From positions 10,867-74,866 of the IMG/VR virus record IMGVR_UViG_3300020440_000012: DNA of 64,000 bases; one strand, written 5' to 3'. The notes under the pieces are model-generated. The model was not told where the DNA came from and ran no database searches. It saw only the letters and a program-made list of their open reading frames with translations. The position numbers were made by a program, and so were the translations under genes. The DNA is from a virus. Its lineage: Duplodnaviria; Caudoviricetes. Within the stretch, counting starts at the first letter, position 1; every line of letters starts with the position of its first letter. Of the stretch, positions 1 through 8,408 are shown piece by piece.

Positions 1-834
1 AACTCCAGATGCTATCATATTTTCATACTTATCGAAACTGGTACCCCGTGGAACAGAGTAGAAGTGGCTTAAGCTGTATATATCTCCGTAGTATGTGCTT
101 GTATCAACTTCATAGCCGAGATTTGTGGATAGTTCATGTGCTGTTGAATAACCGCTAGTAACTGGGTTATCATTTGAGTTACTTAATAATTCTTGAACAC
201 CTATTGAACATAAGTTTGGATGAACATTAAATTTCTTGATGAGTTTCTGTTCTGTGAGTTTGTTTTCTGTTCCTGCCCACATCCATGTTTTAAATGTAAA
301 TTCTGTTTCCGCTGTTATGAGTTCTGCCGATTCAAAATCAACCTCTGAATTATCAACCTCTGTTATTGATCCTGTCCAAATCACCTCATGTTTTATTACT
401 TGTCCAGGAATCTTAGGATGTGGTGTATTAACAAAGAATGATTGATTACAGAAAGGAACAAAATTAGAAAGTATTCTATCCATATCCGATTGTGTCTTCG
501 TTACAACTGTTAGCTGAAAAGTTAAATTAATAGGGTTTGGTGTGTAGTAGTTATAGTTGATTTCACTACCGGTTGTTTTTAATAGGTATCTATTCAGATC
601 AGCGACTCTTTCAGAATCTCGTTCCAAACCTGTTCTCACGACTGCAATCAGAGGTGGTTTTATAGGTGTTCTACCAGGATTTTCAAGAGACTTAAATATT
701 CGGCTTCTTCTACCATTTAGTAGTTTAACCTTTATACTCTTACCGCTTGTTCTTTTTATGGTGATGTCATTGAATGCGTCCATGAACATTGCAGTTGCAT
801 GAAGGATTTCTTTATTATAGGACTCTACTTTCAT
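1..834 (-). CDS. gp15: Tail sheath stabiliser/terminator, T4 gp15-like; runs off the left edge
   Basis: Not in the ORF track. My translation from the ATG at 834 (MKVESYNKEILHATAMFMDAFNDITIKR...PPLIAVVRTGLERDSER...TPNPINLTFQLTVVTKTQSDMDRILSNFVPF...) stays open to position 1. It follows the gp15 pattern and has TAAATA just upstream. Confidence 0.75.
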   Translation of the reverse strand, partial: MKVESYNKEILHATAMFMDAFNDITIKRTSGKSIKVKLLNGRRSRIFKSLENPGRTPIKPPLIAVVRTGLERDSERVADLNRYLLKTTGSEINYNYYTPNPINLTFQLTVVTKTQSDMDRILSNFVPFCNQSFFVNTPHPKIPGQVIKHEVIWTGSITEVDNSEVDFESAELITAETEFTFKTWMWAGTENKLTEQKLIKKFNVHPNLCSIGVQELLSNSNDNPVTSGYSTAHELSTNLGYEVDTSTYYGDIYSLSHFYSVPRGTSFDKYENMIASGV

Positions 835-840
835 AAATGG

Positions 841-848
841 TATTTACA
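841..848 (-). promoter_or_regulatory. Late (gp55-type) promoter TGTAAATA
   Basis: TAAATA core 6 nt before the gp15 ATG; T4 late consensus is TATAAATA. Confidence 0.6.
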
Positions 849-859
849 CTCACAAATTG

Positions 860-892
860 AAAAAACCTCTCAAGCACAAGGCTTAAGAGGTT
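860..892 (-). terminator. Intrinsic terminator after the clamp gene
   Basis: Minus strand AACCTCTTAAGC-CTTGT-GCTTGAGAGGTT followed by a T run. Confidence 0.75.
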
Positions 893-931
893 GCAACTAT
901 CAAGTATTAGTTGACGGTTCGATATATTAAA

Positions 932-1702
932 CTATCCCTCCAGTATACTAGATAGTACCCAGATTTTAACAAAAGACTCACCATCATCACTTGTAATTTT
1001 TTGTGTACTCACAAGTGCTTGAATTTCTGGTAAAGTCATTTCAATTTCATCGATTTGTTCAAACAGTGTAAACATATCCATTCTGTTGAAGTTAAGAACA
1101 ACATCCTTTTCTAGACTACCAGACTGAATGCTACCAAAATCTACAGTAATTGCATTTGAATATGGATTAGAACGATTGTTTAGTTCTGCCTTCATTTTAG
1201 AAGGATTGTTTTCATCTGCAAACAAATAAATTCTCGCAACATTTTGATCGGAAAAGATGAAAGAAGACCTGCGAAGTTCTTTAATGTTATCAGCAGTTGT
1301 TACAAATTTACATTTTTCTTCAATCGTGCTGTTAAACTCTTTGTCTACATAATTAAGAATGACCTCTTCTTTTACTAGGGCGAACTTTGATTTAAATGGC
1401 TTAGACTTGATGTTTACAAATCCATTATCCACTTCTAAAGTAATCTTATCGTTTTTGTCTAGTTTGGACTGTGCAATTTGAAGTACTTTAACAAAGCTTG
1501 GTAAGTCACCAATACAAAAGCTTACTTCTTCATCTGAAGAAATTGAGTTTGTTGTCATCTTAAGTCGAGCAACTGGATTTTTAGATAATACCTTTGCTTG
1601 CTCACTTCCTACAGTAATCTTAATACCTTCAACGGCCGATGACATTGCTTTCATTGATTCGACAAGCATATCAAAGTTATTAATATTCAGTTTTGTTGCC
1701 AT
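932..1702 (-). CDS. gp45: DNA polymerase sliding clamp
   Basis: 256 aa; FCIGDLPSFVKVL and TTADNIKELRRSS resemble gp45 segments (AIYDLNGFLGIL, IKAEDLQQLLRVS); T4-like context. Confidence 0.7.
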   Translation of the reverse strand: MATKLNINNFDMLVESMKAMSSAVEGIKITVGSEQAKVLSKNPVARLKMTTNSISSDEEVSFCIGDLPSFVKVLQIAQSKLDKNDKITLEVDNGFVNIKSKPFKSKFALVKEEVILNYVDKEFNSTIEEKCKFVTTADNIKELRRSSFIFSDQNVARIYLFADENNPSKMKAELNNRSNPYSNAITVDFGSIQSGSLEKDVVLNFNRMDMFTLFEQIDEIEMTLPEIQALVSTQKITSDDGESFVKIWVLSSILEG

Positions 1703-1783
1703 CTGTTCTCCTTGTTATTTAAAAGATAGTCTATTATATTATGTGACTTATTTTTTTATAGTATTTTTTTAGTAAATAAGCAT

Positions 1784-2311
1784 ATGTCAGTAAACAAAGC
1801 CATAGACAATACCTTTCTCAATATTCGAGATTTATTAACTGAGACACAGCTTAAGATAGTTGATAGACGATTAAAGAAGGGCATAAAAAAGGATTTTGCG
1901 TCTCTTGATTTATTACTTAGGAGAAATCTAGTAGAATTAGTTTTTTTAAGAAAAGGTGATTTTCGACCAGGCTTCAAACCTCATAGACATATGCTTTGTA
2001 CAAGAAATTTTTATTTAGCAAAGAAGTTAGCTAAGTTAAAAGGTGTGAAGATGAATGTCAATGAACCAAGAGGAAAAGACTTCTACAAAGAGAAAAATAT
2101 ACTCTTGGTTTGGGACATCGTTTTTAATGATTGGAGAATGGTAAGTTTTGAAAATAGAACCAAAATGGGTATAATAGACTATGTACCTTTTAATAAAAGA
2201 GAACATTTCATACCTGTTGCTGAAGCGTATGTTAAGAATTTCAAGATGATAAAAGATTTAGGTGGTTCGAGAGCAAGAACATATTGTAATATTATCAAAA
2301 AAGGTGTTTAG
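1784..2311 (+). CDS. WYL_2/DUF2693-like SH3-fold phage protein
   Basis: Pattern VELVFLRK...RHMLCTRN...LVWDIVFNDWRMVSFE. Confidence 0.5.
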   Translation: MSVNKAIDNTFLNIRDLLTETQLKIVDRRLKKGIKKDFASLDLLLRRNLVELVFLRKGDFRPGFKPHRHMLCTRNFYLAKKLAKLKGVKMNVNEPRGKDFYKEKNILLVWDIVFNDWRMVSFENRTKMGIIDYVPFNKREHFIPVAEAYVKNFKMIKDLGGSRARTYCNIIKKGV

Positions 2312-2313
2312 TT

Positions 2314-3048
2314 ATGAAAGAAGTTATGGTGATTGGCCTAGGAGAAATAGGCACATCGGTAAAAAACATTGAAGAAAAAGCTGGTAACAAAGTCTATGTT
2401 CGAGACTTAGATCCTGATAATTGCAAATTTAATCTTACGGACAATTATGATGTTGTTCATGTTTGTATTCCTTATAAAGGATATGATTTTGTTCATACTG
2501 TTGTAGGATATTGGAGAAAATATAATTCACCAATGTTTATTATACACTCAACTGTTCCAGTCGGTACAACAAGCTTAATAGAGGGTTATGGAGTTCCGGC
2601 TGTTCACTCTTTTGTTCGTGGTGTTCACCCAAATTTAGAGGAAGGACTTTTAACATTCGAAAAACCTGTTGGATCTTCGAGTGAAGACTTTTCTGTAAAA
2701 GTGAGTAAACATTTAGAATCGTTGGGTATTAAAACGAAAATACTTTCAAGTTCAGAGGCATCTGAATTGTCTAAATTACTATCAACCACCTATTATGGTT
2801 ATAATATAATATTTGCGAAGATAGTAAATGAGATGTGTGAACAAGAAGGTGTCGATTTTGACGAAGTATATACTTGGGCAAATGAAACATATAATCAAGG
2901 ATATAAAGAACTTGGTAAAGAAAACGTAATTAGACCGGTGCTTTTTCCTCCAGAAGGAGAGATTGGTGGTCATTGCGTAGTTCCTAATTTCAAACTACTT
3001 CCACCAAATGATCTATCAGAGTGGTGCATTTCACAGAACTCTAAATAA
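2314..3048 (+). CDS. UDP-glucose/GDP-mannose dehydrogenase family protein lacking the C-terminal domain
   Basis: IGLGEIG Rossmann motif, HSTVPVGTT, SELSKL (catalytic Lys) and IGGHCV (catalytic Cys); only 244 aa. Confidence 0.8.
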   Translation: MKEVMVIGLGEIGTSVKNIEEKAGNKVYVRDLDPDNCKFNLTDNYDVVHVCIPYKGYDFVHTVVGYWRKYNSPMFIIHSTVPVGTTSLIEGYGVPAVHSFVRGVHPNLEEGLLTFEKPVGSSSEDFSVKVSKHLESLGIKTKILSSSEASELSKLLSTTYYGYNIIFAKIVNEMCEQEGVDFDEVYTWANETYNQGYKELGKENVIRPVLFPPEGEIGGHCVVPNFKLLPPNDLSEWCISQNSK

Positions 3049-3063
3049 ATTGTATAATAAAAT

Positions 3064-4023
3064 ATGGTAGATGTAGAACAATCATTCTGGATTCAACAGA
3101 AAATAAAGCAAAATGTATCTAAGTGTTCTGACCAAGGTAGTCAGTTGAATATGAGATGTTTTATCTGTGGTGATTCTCGTAAGAATCAATCAAAGAGACG
3201 AGGTTACTATTATAAGAGTACCTGTTCTTATTATTGTTTCAACTGCGGTACTCATCTACATGGTGTCAAGATTGTATCAACTCTTGAGAATAGACCTTTT
3301 AAAGAAGTGAAGTCTGAATATCTGATGGAAAGATATGGTAAAAGCTTCAAGGTTAAGAAAGAAGAGTATAAGAAACCAAAGTTTGAACTTAAACTGGATC
3401 AATTTACTAACAAGTTACCGGAGTATGCCTTTCGTTATCTGGAGGATAGAAAGATATTTGATGCACCTTTTCTATCAGAAGATGCGGAGTTTCTGTTTGA
3501 TGAAGAGACAGAGCGTTTGATTATACCTTGGTATCTAGATGATAAGGTTGTTTACTATCAGAAAAGACTTGTTAAAGATTCATCACAACCAAAATATTTA
3601 TTTCCTTTTGGTGTAGATAAGTCTGTCTATAATATTGATAGAATTGATCCTGCATTTCCCTATATATTTGTATTAGAAGGTGCATTAGATTCTATCTATG
3701 TATACAACGGTGTTGCCATAGGTGGTAAAAGTATTACGAATCATCAGAGAGATTTAATTAAGAGTAAGTTTCCAAAGCATAAGATTGTCTACTTCTTAGA
3801 TAATCATCATAATGAGTCATCAATGGTTTCTCATCTACTAAGACTTGCTGAGAAAGAACCATCTTCTCACTTTCTTCTCTTTCCAAAAGCTATGAAGAAT
3901 GTGAAAGATGTCAACCAATGGATAGTTGCAGGTGGTGTAAATATATGGGAAAGCAAAAAGTGGTTAGAAAAGAATATATTATCATCATTAAAACTAAAGT
4001 TCACACTCTCGACAAGTAAATAG
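3064..4023 (+). CDS. gp61: DNA primase
   Basis: Zinc finger CFICGDS...YYCFNCG, TOPRIM EGALDS, KDVNQW. Confidence 0.92.
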   Translation: MVDVEQSFWIQQKIKQNVSKCSDQGSQLNMRCFICGDSRKNQSKRRGYYYKSTCSYYCFNCGTHLHGVKIVSTLENRPFKEVKSEYLMERYGKSFKVKKEEYKKPKFELKLDQFTNKLPEYAFRYLEDRKIFDAPFLSEDAEFLFDEETERLIIPWYLDDKVVYYQKRLVKDSSQPKYLFPFGVDKSVYNIDRIDPAFPYIFVLEGALDSIYVYNGVAIGGKSITNHQRDLIKSKFPKHKIVYFLDNHHNESSMVSHLLRLAEKEPSSHFLLFPKAMKNVKDVNQWIVAGGVNIWESKKWLEKNILSSLKLKFTLSTSK

Positions 4024-4037
4024 CATTAGGTAAAATT

Positions 4038-4433
4038 ATGGCTGAATTGAAAGATTTGCAAAACACAACAAACTTAGCAGGAGATGTCCGAGATATTTTA
4101 GGACTTAAACTCTGGCAGAATGTAAAATCGAGTGGAGATGTATCGGAAAAAATATCCGTACTTACAGATTTTATTGTTGATTCGTATGGTATTTTCTTCA
4201 ACCAAGAGGATAAGATAGATGATGAAGCTTTTAGTTTGGAGTTGTTAACATCACTAACAGATAGCGATTTTGAAACAACTGATGAGATCATCAATTCAAT
4301 CATTAACATAAATCAGGTTGTTGAAGAAGAGGACTTTATTGATGATGATATAAAAGTCAATATCAAAACTATTCTGGTTTATATGTTGGAGTTGCTTCAA
4401 GATGAACCACAAGAAATTAACCAGATCGGGTAA
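4038..4433 (+). CDS. Acidic hypothetical protein
   Basis: 131-aa ORF packed between primase and gp4. Confidence 0.6.
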   Translation: MAELKDLQNTTNLAGDVRDILGLKLWQNVKSSGDVSEKISVLTDFIVDSYGIFFNQEDKIDDEAFSLELLTSLTDSDFETTDEIINSIININQVVEEEDFIDDDIKVNIKTILVYMLELLQDEPQEINQIG

Positions 4434-4869
4434 GTATAGTTCACTACAAGGTACATTTAGACCTCTTAATGAGAGTAAGTATGTAGGTGATTCTAACCCC
4501 AAGTTTAAGTCTAAACTAGAGCTAAAGATGATGACATTCTGTGACAAAAGTCCTTTAGTTACAAAGTGGTCTTATGAGAGAATTGTTATACCTTATACCG
4601 ATAAGACTAGAAATAATAGTCGTCACAATTATTATACTGACTGTAAAATAACAATGAAAACTAAAACGGGTTTCAAAACATTTCTTATTGAAGTTAAATC
4701 TAAGAAAGAGACTATTGCACCGGTAAAATCCAATAGAAAGAAGCCTGAAACTTATAGAAAAGAAGTTGAAACTTGGGTTAGAAATAATTGTAAGTGGGAG
4801 GCCGCTAGAAAGGTTGCTAAATCTCGTGGTTGGGAATTTAAGATACTTACTGAAGATCAATTAGGATAA
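4402..4869 (+). CDS. gp4: Head completion nuclease (TnsA-like PD-(D/E)xK)
   Basis: GTFRPLNESKYVGD, KWSYERIVIPY, LIEVKSKKET, KWEAARK...GWEFKILTE. Confidence 0.88.
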   Translation: MNHKKLTRSGKYSSLQGTFRPLNESKYVGDSNPKFKSKLELKMMTFCDKSPLVTKWSYERIVIPYTDKTRNNSRHNYYTDCKITMKTKTGFKTFLIEVKSKKETIAPVKSNRKKPETYRKEVETWVRNNCKWEAARKVAKSRGWEFKILTEDQLG

Positions 4870-4872
4870 AAT

Positions 4873-4899
4873 AGGCACTTTCAAGTCATACCTAGGACC
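4873..4899 (-). ncRNA. Candidate H-type pseudoknot motif, copy 1
   Basis: Minus strand G-GTC-CT-AGGTA-T-GAC-TTGAAAG-TGCCT; same geometry as 53269-53295. Confidence 0.5.
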
Positions 4900-5003
4900 A
4901 CTTTCAGTAAAACTTTTTCTAGACCGGTTCGTCCCTTTTTTGGTAACGCTAGATACTTGTTTTACTTATTTCTCCTTTGTTTCGGTGATACATGTATGAA
5001 AAT

Positions 5004-5076
5004 TGGAGCGAGTGAAAGACTTTAACTTTACCTTCAATCTGGATTGATTGATGTGCTGACGTTACACCACACTCGC
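5004..5076 (-). tRNA. Non-canonical or degenerate tRNA-Gly-like RNA with encoded CCA
   Basis: GCGAGTG/CACTCGC acceptor stem + U73 + CCA. D-loop AACGTCA lacks GG; 8-nt anticodon loop CAATCCAG; T-loop TTAAAGT with a 4-bp T stem. Confidence 0.65.
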
Positions 5077-5090
5077 ATAAGTTATAGTTT

Positions 5091-5097
5091 ATTATAC
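5091..5097 (-). promoter_or_regulatory. GTATAAT -10 element driving the tRNA-Gly-like RNA
   Basis: 14 nt upstream of the RNA 5' end and downstream of the terminator at 5130-5163. Confidence 0.55.
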
Positions 5098-5129
5098 AAC
5101 TTCAAGGATAATTTAAAGTTATTTTTTTA

Positions 5130-5163
5130 TAAAAAAAAGAAGATTCTTTTGAGGAGAATCTTC
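5130..5163 (-). terminator. Intrinsic terminator after the tRNA-Arg/Ile pair
   Basis: GAAGATTCT-CCTCAAA-AGAATCTTC followed by a T run. Confidence 0.8.
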
Positions 5164-5189
5164 GTAACAACCTTAGTGGCCTCCTAAAT

Positions 5190-5265
5190 TGGTGGACTCT
5201 GAGGGACTTGAACCCCCGGCCAAGTCGTTATGAGCGACCTGCTCTGACCACTGAGCTAAGAGTCC
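5190..5265 (-). tRNA. tRNA with CAT anticodon, most like tRNA-Ile2 (lysidine, reads AUA)
   Basis: GGACTCTTAGCTCAGTGGTCAGAGCAGGTCGCTCATAACGACTTGGCCGGGGGTTCAAGTCCCTCAGAGTCCACCA; the body resembles bacterial Ile2 more than elongator Met. Confidence 0.88.
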
Positions 5266-5274
5266 TTTTTAAAA

Positions 5275-5351
5275 TGGCGCACCTGGCAGGATTCGAACCT
5301 GCGACCGATGGAGTAGAAATCCATTGCTCTGTCCAACTGAGCTACAGGTGC
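5275..5351 (-). tRNA. tRNA-Arg(TCT)
   Basis: Full cloverleaf; anticodon arm ATGGA-TT-TCT-AC-TCCAT, TTCGAAT T-loop, CCA encoded. Confidence 0.95.
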
Positions 5352-5578
5352 TAATAAATTGGTGGTCCAAATTCATGTTCGCCAAGAACTTTTCCTTCTC
5401 TTTTTAGAATTTGTTTTTGTATTCGAAATGCTTTTTCTTCAGCTTGAATGGCTTTTGTGTTATAGTTGGACCATCTATCACCACCTACATTCTTACAGTC
5501 ATCTCTGTTGCGAGTGTATTTTAAAGCCTTCGCTCTTTCTTTCGTGAAGTCTTCTTGTAGTTGTTTTTTTGATGCCAC
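5351..5578 (-). CDS. Small basic hypothetical protein
   Basis: 75-aa ORF with an AAGGAG RBS, in the early cluster. Confidence 0.6.
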   Translation of the reverse strand: MASKKQLQEDFTKERAKALKYTRNRDDCKNVGGDRWSNYNTKAIQAEEKAFRIQKQILKREGKVLGEHEFGPPIY

Positions 5579-5592
5579 GCCTCTCCTTATCG

Positions 5593-5922
5593 TTATTTAA
5601 ATTCTACAACTGTATTGATTCTTTCAAATATACCTTTGATATTTTTATCATTATAACCATCATCTTTTAAAAGTTCTTTAACTCTTTCAACAGGAACATA
5701 TCCATGAACTATACATTTTCCTTCAGGGTTATCTGCTCTATCTTTTAGTTCTTGGATCAAAATCATATCACCAGTGTCTTCGTCAAAGAAGGCTACCTCT
5801 ACATGAGAGTAGGGTCCATAATTACTTTTTGGAATACAATATGCGTGTTTATCCGCTTGAATTGAAAGTTCACCACCTCTAAATGGTATTGGGTAATTTG
5901 ATTTCTTTATTCTATTTTTCAT
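5593..5922 (-). CDS. Hypothetical protein
   Basis: 109-aa ORF downstream of a sigma70 promoter. Confidence 0.65.
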   Translation of the reverse strand: MKNRIKKSNYPIPFRGGELSIQADKHAYCIPKSNYGPYSHVEVAFFDEDTGDMILIQELKDRADNPEGKCIVHGYVPVERVKELLKDDGYNDKNIKGIFERINTVVEFK

Positions 5923-5972
5923 TTTACTTTTTCAACTTAATCATAATTTAATCTCTCATTGTCTATACATAG

Positions 5973-6000
5973 ATTATCACAGTTCTACCAGTAATGTCAA
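5973..6000 (-). promoter_or_regulatory. Host sigma70-type early promoter
   Basis: TTGACA-16 nt-GATAAT with an extended TG. Confidence 0.7.
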
Positions 6001-6091
6001 CAGTATATGTCGATTTTAGACATAAAAATGTACATATTATTTGTATATGTCTATTCTGTGTACATTTAAACTGTGGCCGATTGTCACAACT

Positions 6092-6178
6092 TCAATCTGG
6101 GTCTTCCGTTGTTGAAAGCCATAAAAGAGAAATAAGTATTACTATAGCTAGTATTCCAAACCGTATTAAATCAGTCAT
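6092..6178 (-). CDS. 28-aa single-pass membrane microprotein
   Basis: Not in the ORF track: MTDLIRFGILAIVILISLLWLSTTEDPD; its start overlaps the end of the upstream gene (ATGACTGA). Confidence 0.55.
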   Translation of the reverse strand: MTDLIRFGILAIVILISLLWLSTTEDPD

Positions 6179-6413
6179 CTTCGTATTCCGAATACCAATT
6201 ATCTATAATCGCTGTGAAACCAGAGTACATAACACTGTACTCATTCATTGATTCACGAAACTCTTCTACTTCTTGGATTTGCTCTTTGGTTAGATCAAAC
6301 TCATCCTCTACGCCATAGTGTTCTGAAATTTGAGAACGAACATCATTGGCAATTTCTTGCTCATAGTTGTCTTCCCACTTATACATTCTTTCCCATTCGA
6401 ATTTATTTCTCAT
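6171..6413 (-). CDS. Acidic hypothetical protein
   Basis: 80-aa ORF overlapping both neighbours. Confidence 0.65.
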   Translation of the reverse strand: MRNKFEWERMYKWEDNYEQEIANDVRSQISEHYGVEDEFDLTKEQIQEVEEFRESMNEYSVMYSGFTAIIDNWYSEYEDD

Positions 6414-6637
6414 AGTTCATACCACTCCCTTTTATTAAACAACCCTGCACCAGTTCTTTTGCTATTAGGATATTCAAAACGATCCCAAACTCTTTCAAAA
6501 AAATAATGTACGAATGTCATCATTACCGATAGGAATATTCCAAACATCGTTACATGCCAGTCACCAAACCATATTCTACCAGCTAATGTACATAACACTA
6601 TGGATAGAACTCTCCAAACAATTACTTTTTTAGCCAT
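6410..6637 (-). CDS. DUF2061-like small membrane protein
   Basis: KVIVWRVLS...HYFFERVW pattern; ATG at 6637 preferred over the upstream TTG. Confidence 0.6.
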   Translation of the reverse strand: MAKKVIVWRVLSIVLCTLAGRIWFGDWHVTMFGIFLSVMMTFVHYFFERVWDRFEYPNSKRTGAGLFNKREWYEL

Positions 6638-6713
6638 AATTAAAACCAATAACAAAAAATAAGTTTCATATTAACGTACCTGTTGTATTTCTACTAGTCT
6701 ATTATACAAAAGT

Positions 6714-6977
6714 TTAAAGATTTTTAAGGTAATGAGACATTAGATTTTCAGATATTTGTTTTTCAGGCTCTTTGGATTGACCACCTATTATCGGTGTGTA
6801 GTCTTTAATATTAAGTTGATTCATATAAGCTTCTCTGAATTGAACATTTTCACTGAATTTTTGTTCATCTTTAGGTATAGACTTTCTTAACTGAGAAGTG
6901 TCTCTTGCAGATGCTCTACCGGATTCTTCCATCTTTTTATAGGCATTTGTTATTTGATTTGTCAGTTCGTTGTTCAT
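6714..6977 (-). CDS. Hypothetical late protein
   Basis: Start reassigned to the ATG at 6977, 5 nt after TATAAATA (6983-6990). Confidence 0.6.
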   Translation of the reverse strand: MNNELTNQITNAYKKMEESGRASARDTSQLRKSIPKDEQKFSENVQFREAYMNQLNIKDYTPIIGGQSKEPEKQISENLMSHYLKNL

Positions 6978-6985
6978 ATTGGTAT

Positions 6986-7885
6986 TTATATACCAAATAT
7001 ATCCTTTGTTAGTGTGGTAACACCTCTTTTTTGAACAAGTTGTGACGCACAGTAACATGCTTTTTCACAAGCTTCAAATATATTTTCACCTTTATCTATG
7101 TAGTGTGCTATTACAGCCATTACACTATCACCAGCACCTGTTACATCAAATACATCACCATTTGTGAGACATGCAAAATGTTTGTGTATAAAATCGTCTC
7201 TTCTAAATACATGCAGACCTCTGGGACCATCTGTAACAACCAACCATTTCCACTCATACTGATCTAGTTTTTGAAAAGACTTTTCTACTGAGAAATCACC
7301 GAACCATTCTTTATATTCTTTCATATTGGGTTTTACAAGAAAGACGCCTTTATAATAGTGAGGTTCATTCTTTGGGTCTACAAGAACTTTACAATGATCT
7401 TTTAAGTTATCCACTGCATGTATAATTTCTTTTTCTTGAATAACACCTTTGTTGTAATCACTAATACATACAACATCATCCTTTTCGGTATCTTCAATAA
7501 GATGTTTCCAAAGTTTTTCTGACTTCTCTGTAGCTTTACTATCTATGTCTAATCTAACAATGTGTTTACCACTATTGTCGGTTATTCTCGTTTTTGTTGT
7601 TGTTAGAGTATCGTCAACAGGTATAACATTCTTAGTATTGATATTAACATACTCACTCAGTAGACCGTTGACCGATTCAGCATTTTCATCAAAGCCTATA
7701 ATCGAATATAGATTTACTTTATCTTCTATGTTGGATAAGTTTACCGCAAGATTACCACAACCACCTATATTTCTAACTATATTACTTCTGTTCACAACAG
7801 GAACAGGTGCTTCTGGACTAATTCTGTTTACGTCACCAGAAATCCATTCATCTAGCATTAAATCACCTATGACATGAATGGCCAT
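6986..7885 (-). CDS. rfaE: D-glycero-D-manno-heptose-7-phosphate kinase (HldE/RfaE domain I)
   Basis: VIGDLMLD...RISPEAPVPVV, ISDYNKG, VDPK, DVTGAGDSV. Confidence 0.92.
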   Translation of the reverse strand: MAIHVIGDLMLDEWISGDVNRISPEAPVPVVNRSNIVRNIGGCGNLAVNLSNIEDKVNLYSIIGFDENAESVNGLLSEYVNINTKNVIPVDDTLTTTKTRITDNSGKHIVRLDIDSKATEKSEKLWKHLIEDTEKDDVVCISDYNKGVIQEKEIIHAVDNLKDHCKVLVDPKNEPHYYKGVFLVKPNMKEYKEWFGDFSVEKSFQKLDQYEWKWLVVTDGPRGLHVFRRDDFIHKHFACLTNGDVFDVTGAGDSVMAVIAHYIDKGENIFEACEKACYCASQLVQKRGVTTLTKDIFGI

Positions 7886-8407
7886 TTAGTCTCCTAGTTT
7901 TTCCCAGTCCTGTATTTGAATGTTTTTAGAATCTGTAATCTTAATCTTACAGCCTAGTTTTTCTTCGAGTTCTTTTAAAGTTGTTTTTTTCCAACACCTT
8001 TTATGTAGTTCTCCATTTTTCAACATGAACTCTTGATTTCCGTCTTTCCATATTTTTTCAATGGCTTGCAGACGATGAGGCTCTGAAGTATTAACGGGTT
8101 GAGGTGCGGGTTGACTATACTCTTGTTTAACTTGTTCCTCTGATGGTCTGATCTCTTCCGGTAGGTCATCAATAGACATCATATTAACAGTACTACCATC
8201 TTGATTAACTATGTTGATAGGTTGTGTTAAAGCTGGTCCTTTTTGAGGTTGATTATCTAGTCTTTTTTCTTCAAGTATTTGAAATTCGGTAATACCCATT
8301 GAAGAGTATAATTGTGAAACTTGCTGTGGACTTTCAGCATTAATTTCTTCAATTTCACCGTCTACTCTAACTATGTACTTTCTTAAACTGTTAGCATAAA
8401 TAGGCAT
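7886..8407 (-). CDS. Hypothetical protein
   Basis: 173-aa ORF in an operon with gp46. Confidence 0.65.
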   Translation of the reverse strand: MPIYANSLRKYIVRVDGEIEEINAESPQQVSQLYSSMGITEFQILEEKRLDNQPQKGPALTQPINIVNQDGSTVNMMSIDDLPEEIRPSEEQVKQEYSQPAPQPVNTSEPHRLQAIEKIWKDGNQEFMLKNGELHKRCWKKTTLKELEEKLGCKIKITDSKNIQIQDWEKLGD

Positions 8408-8408
8408 A

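Noticed and set aside
4900-5003. tmRNA-like tag reading frame or small ORF behind the tRNA-Gly-like RNA
   Set aside because: There is an AAGGAG and a 34-codon open stretch, but no properly spaced start codon, no Ala acceptor identity and no tag-like C-terminus.
5164-5189. Theta (HDV-like) ribozyme after the tRNAs
   Set aside because: The sequence 3' of each CCA does not show the nested double-pseudoknot pattern.
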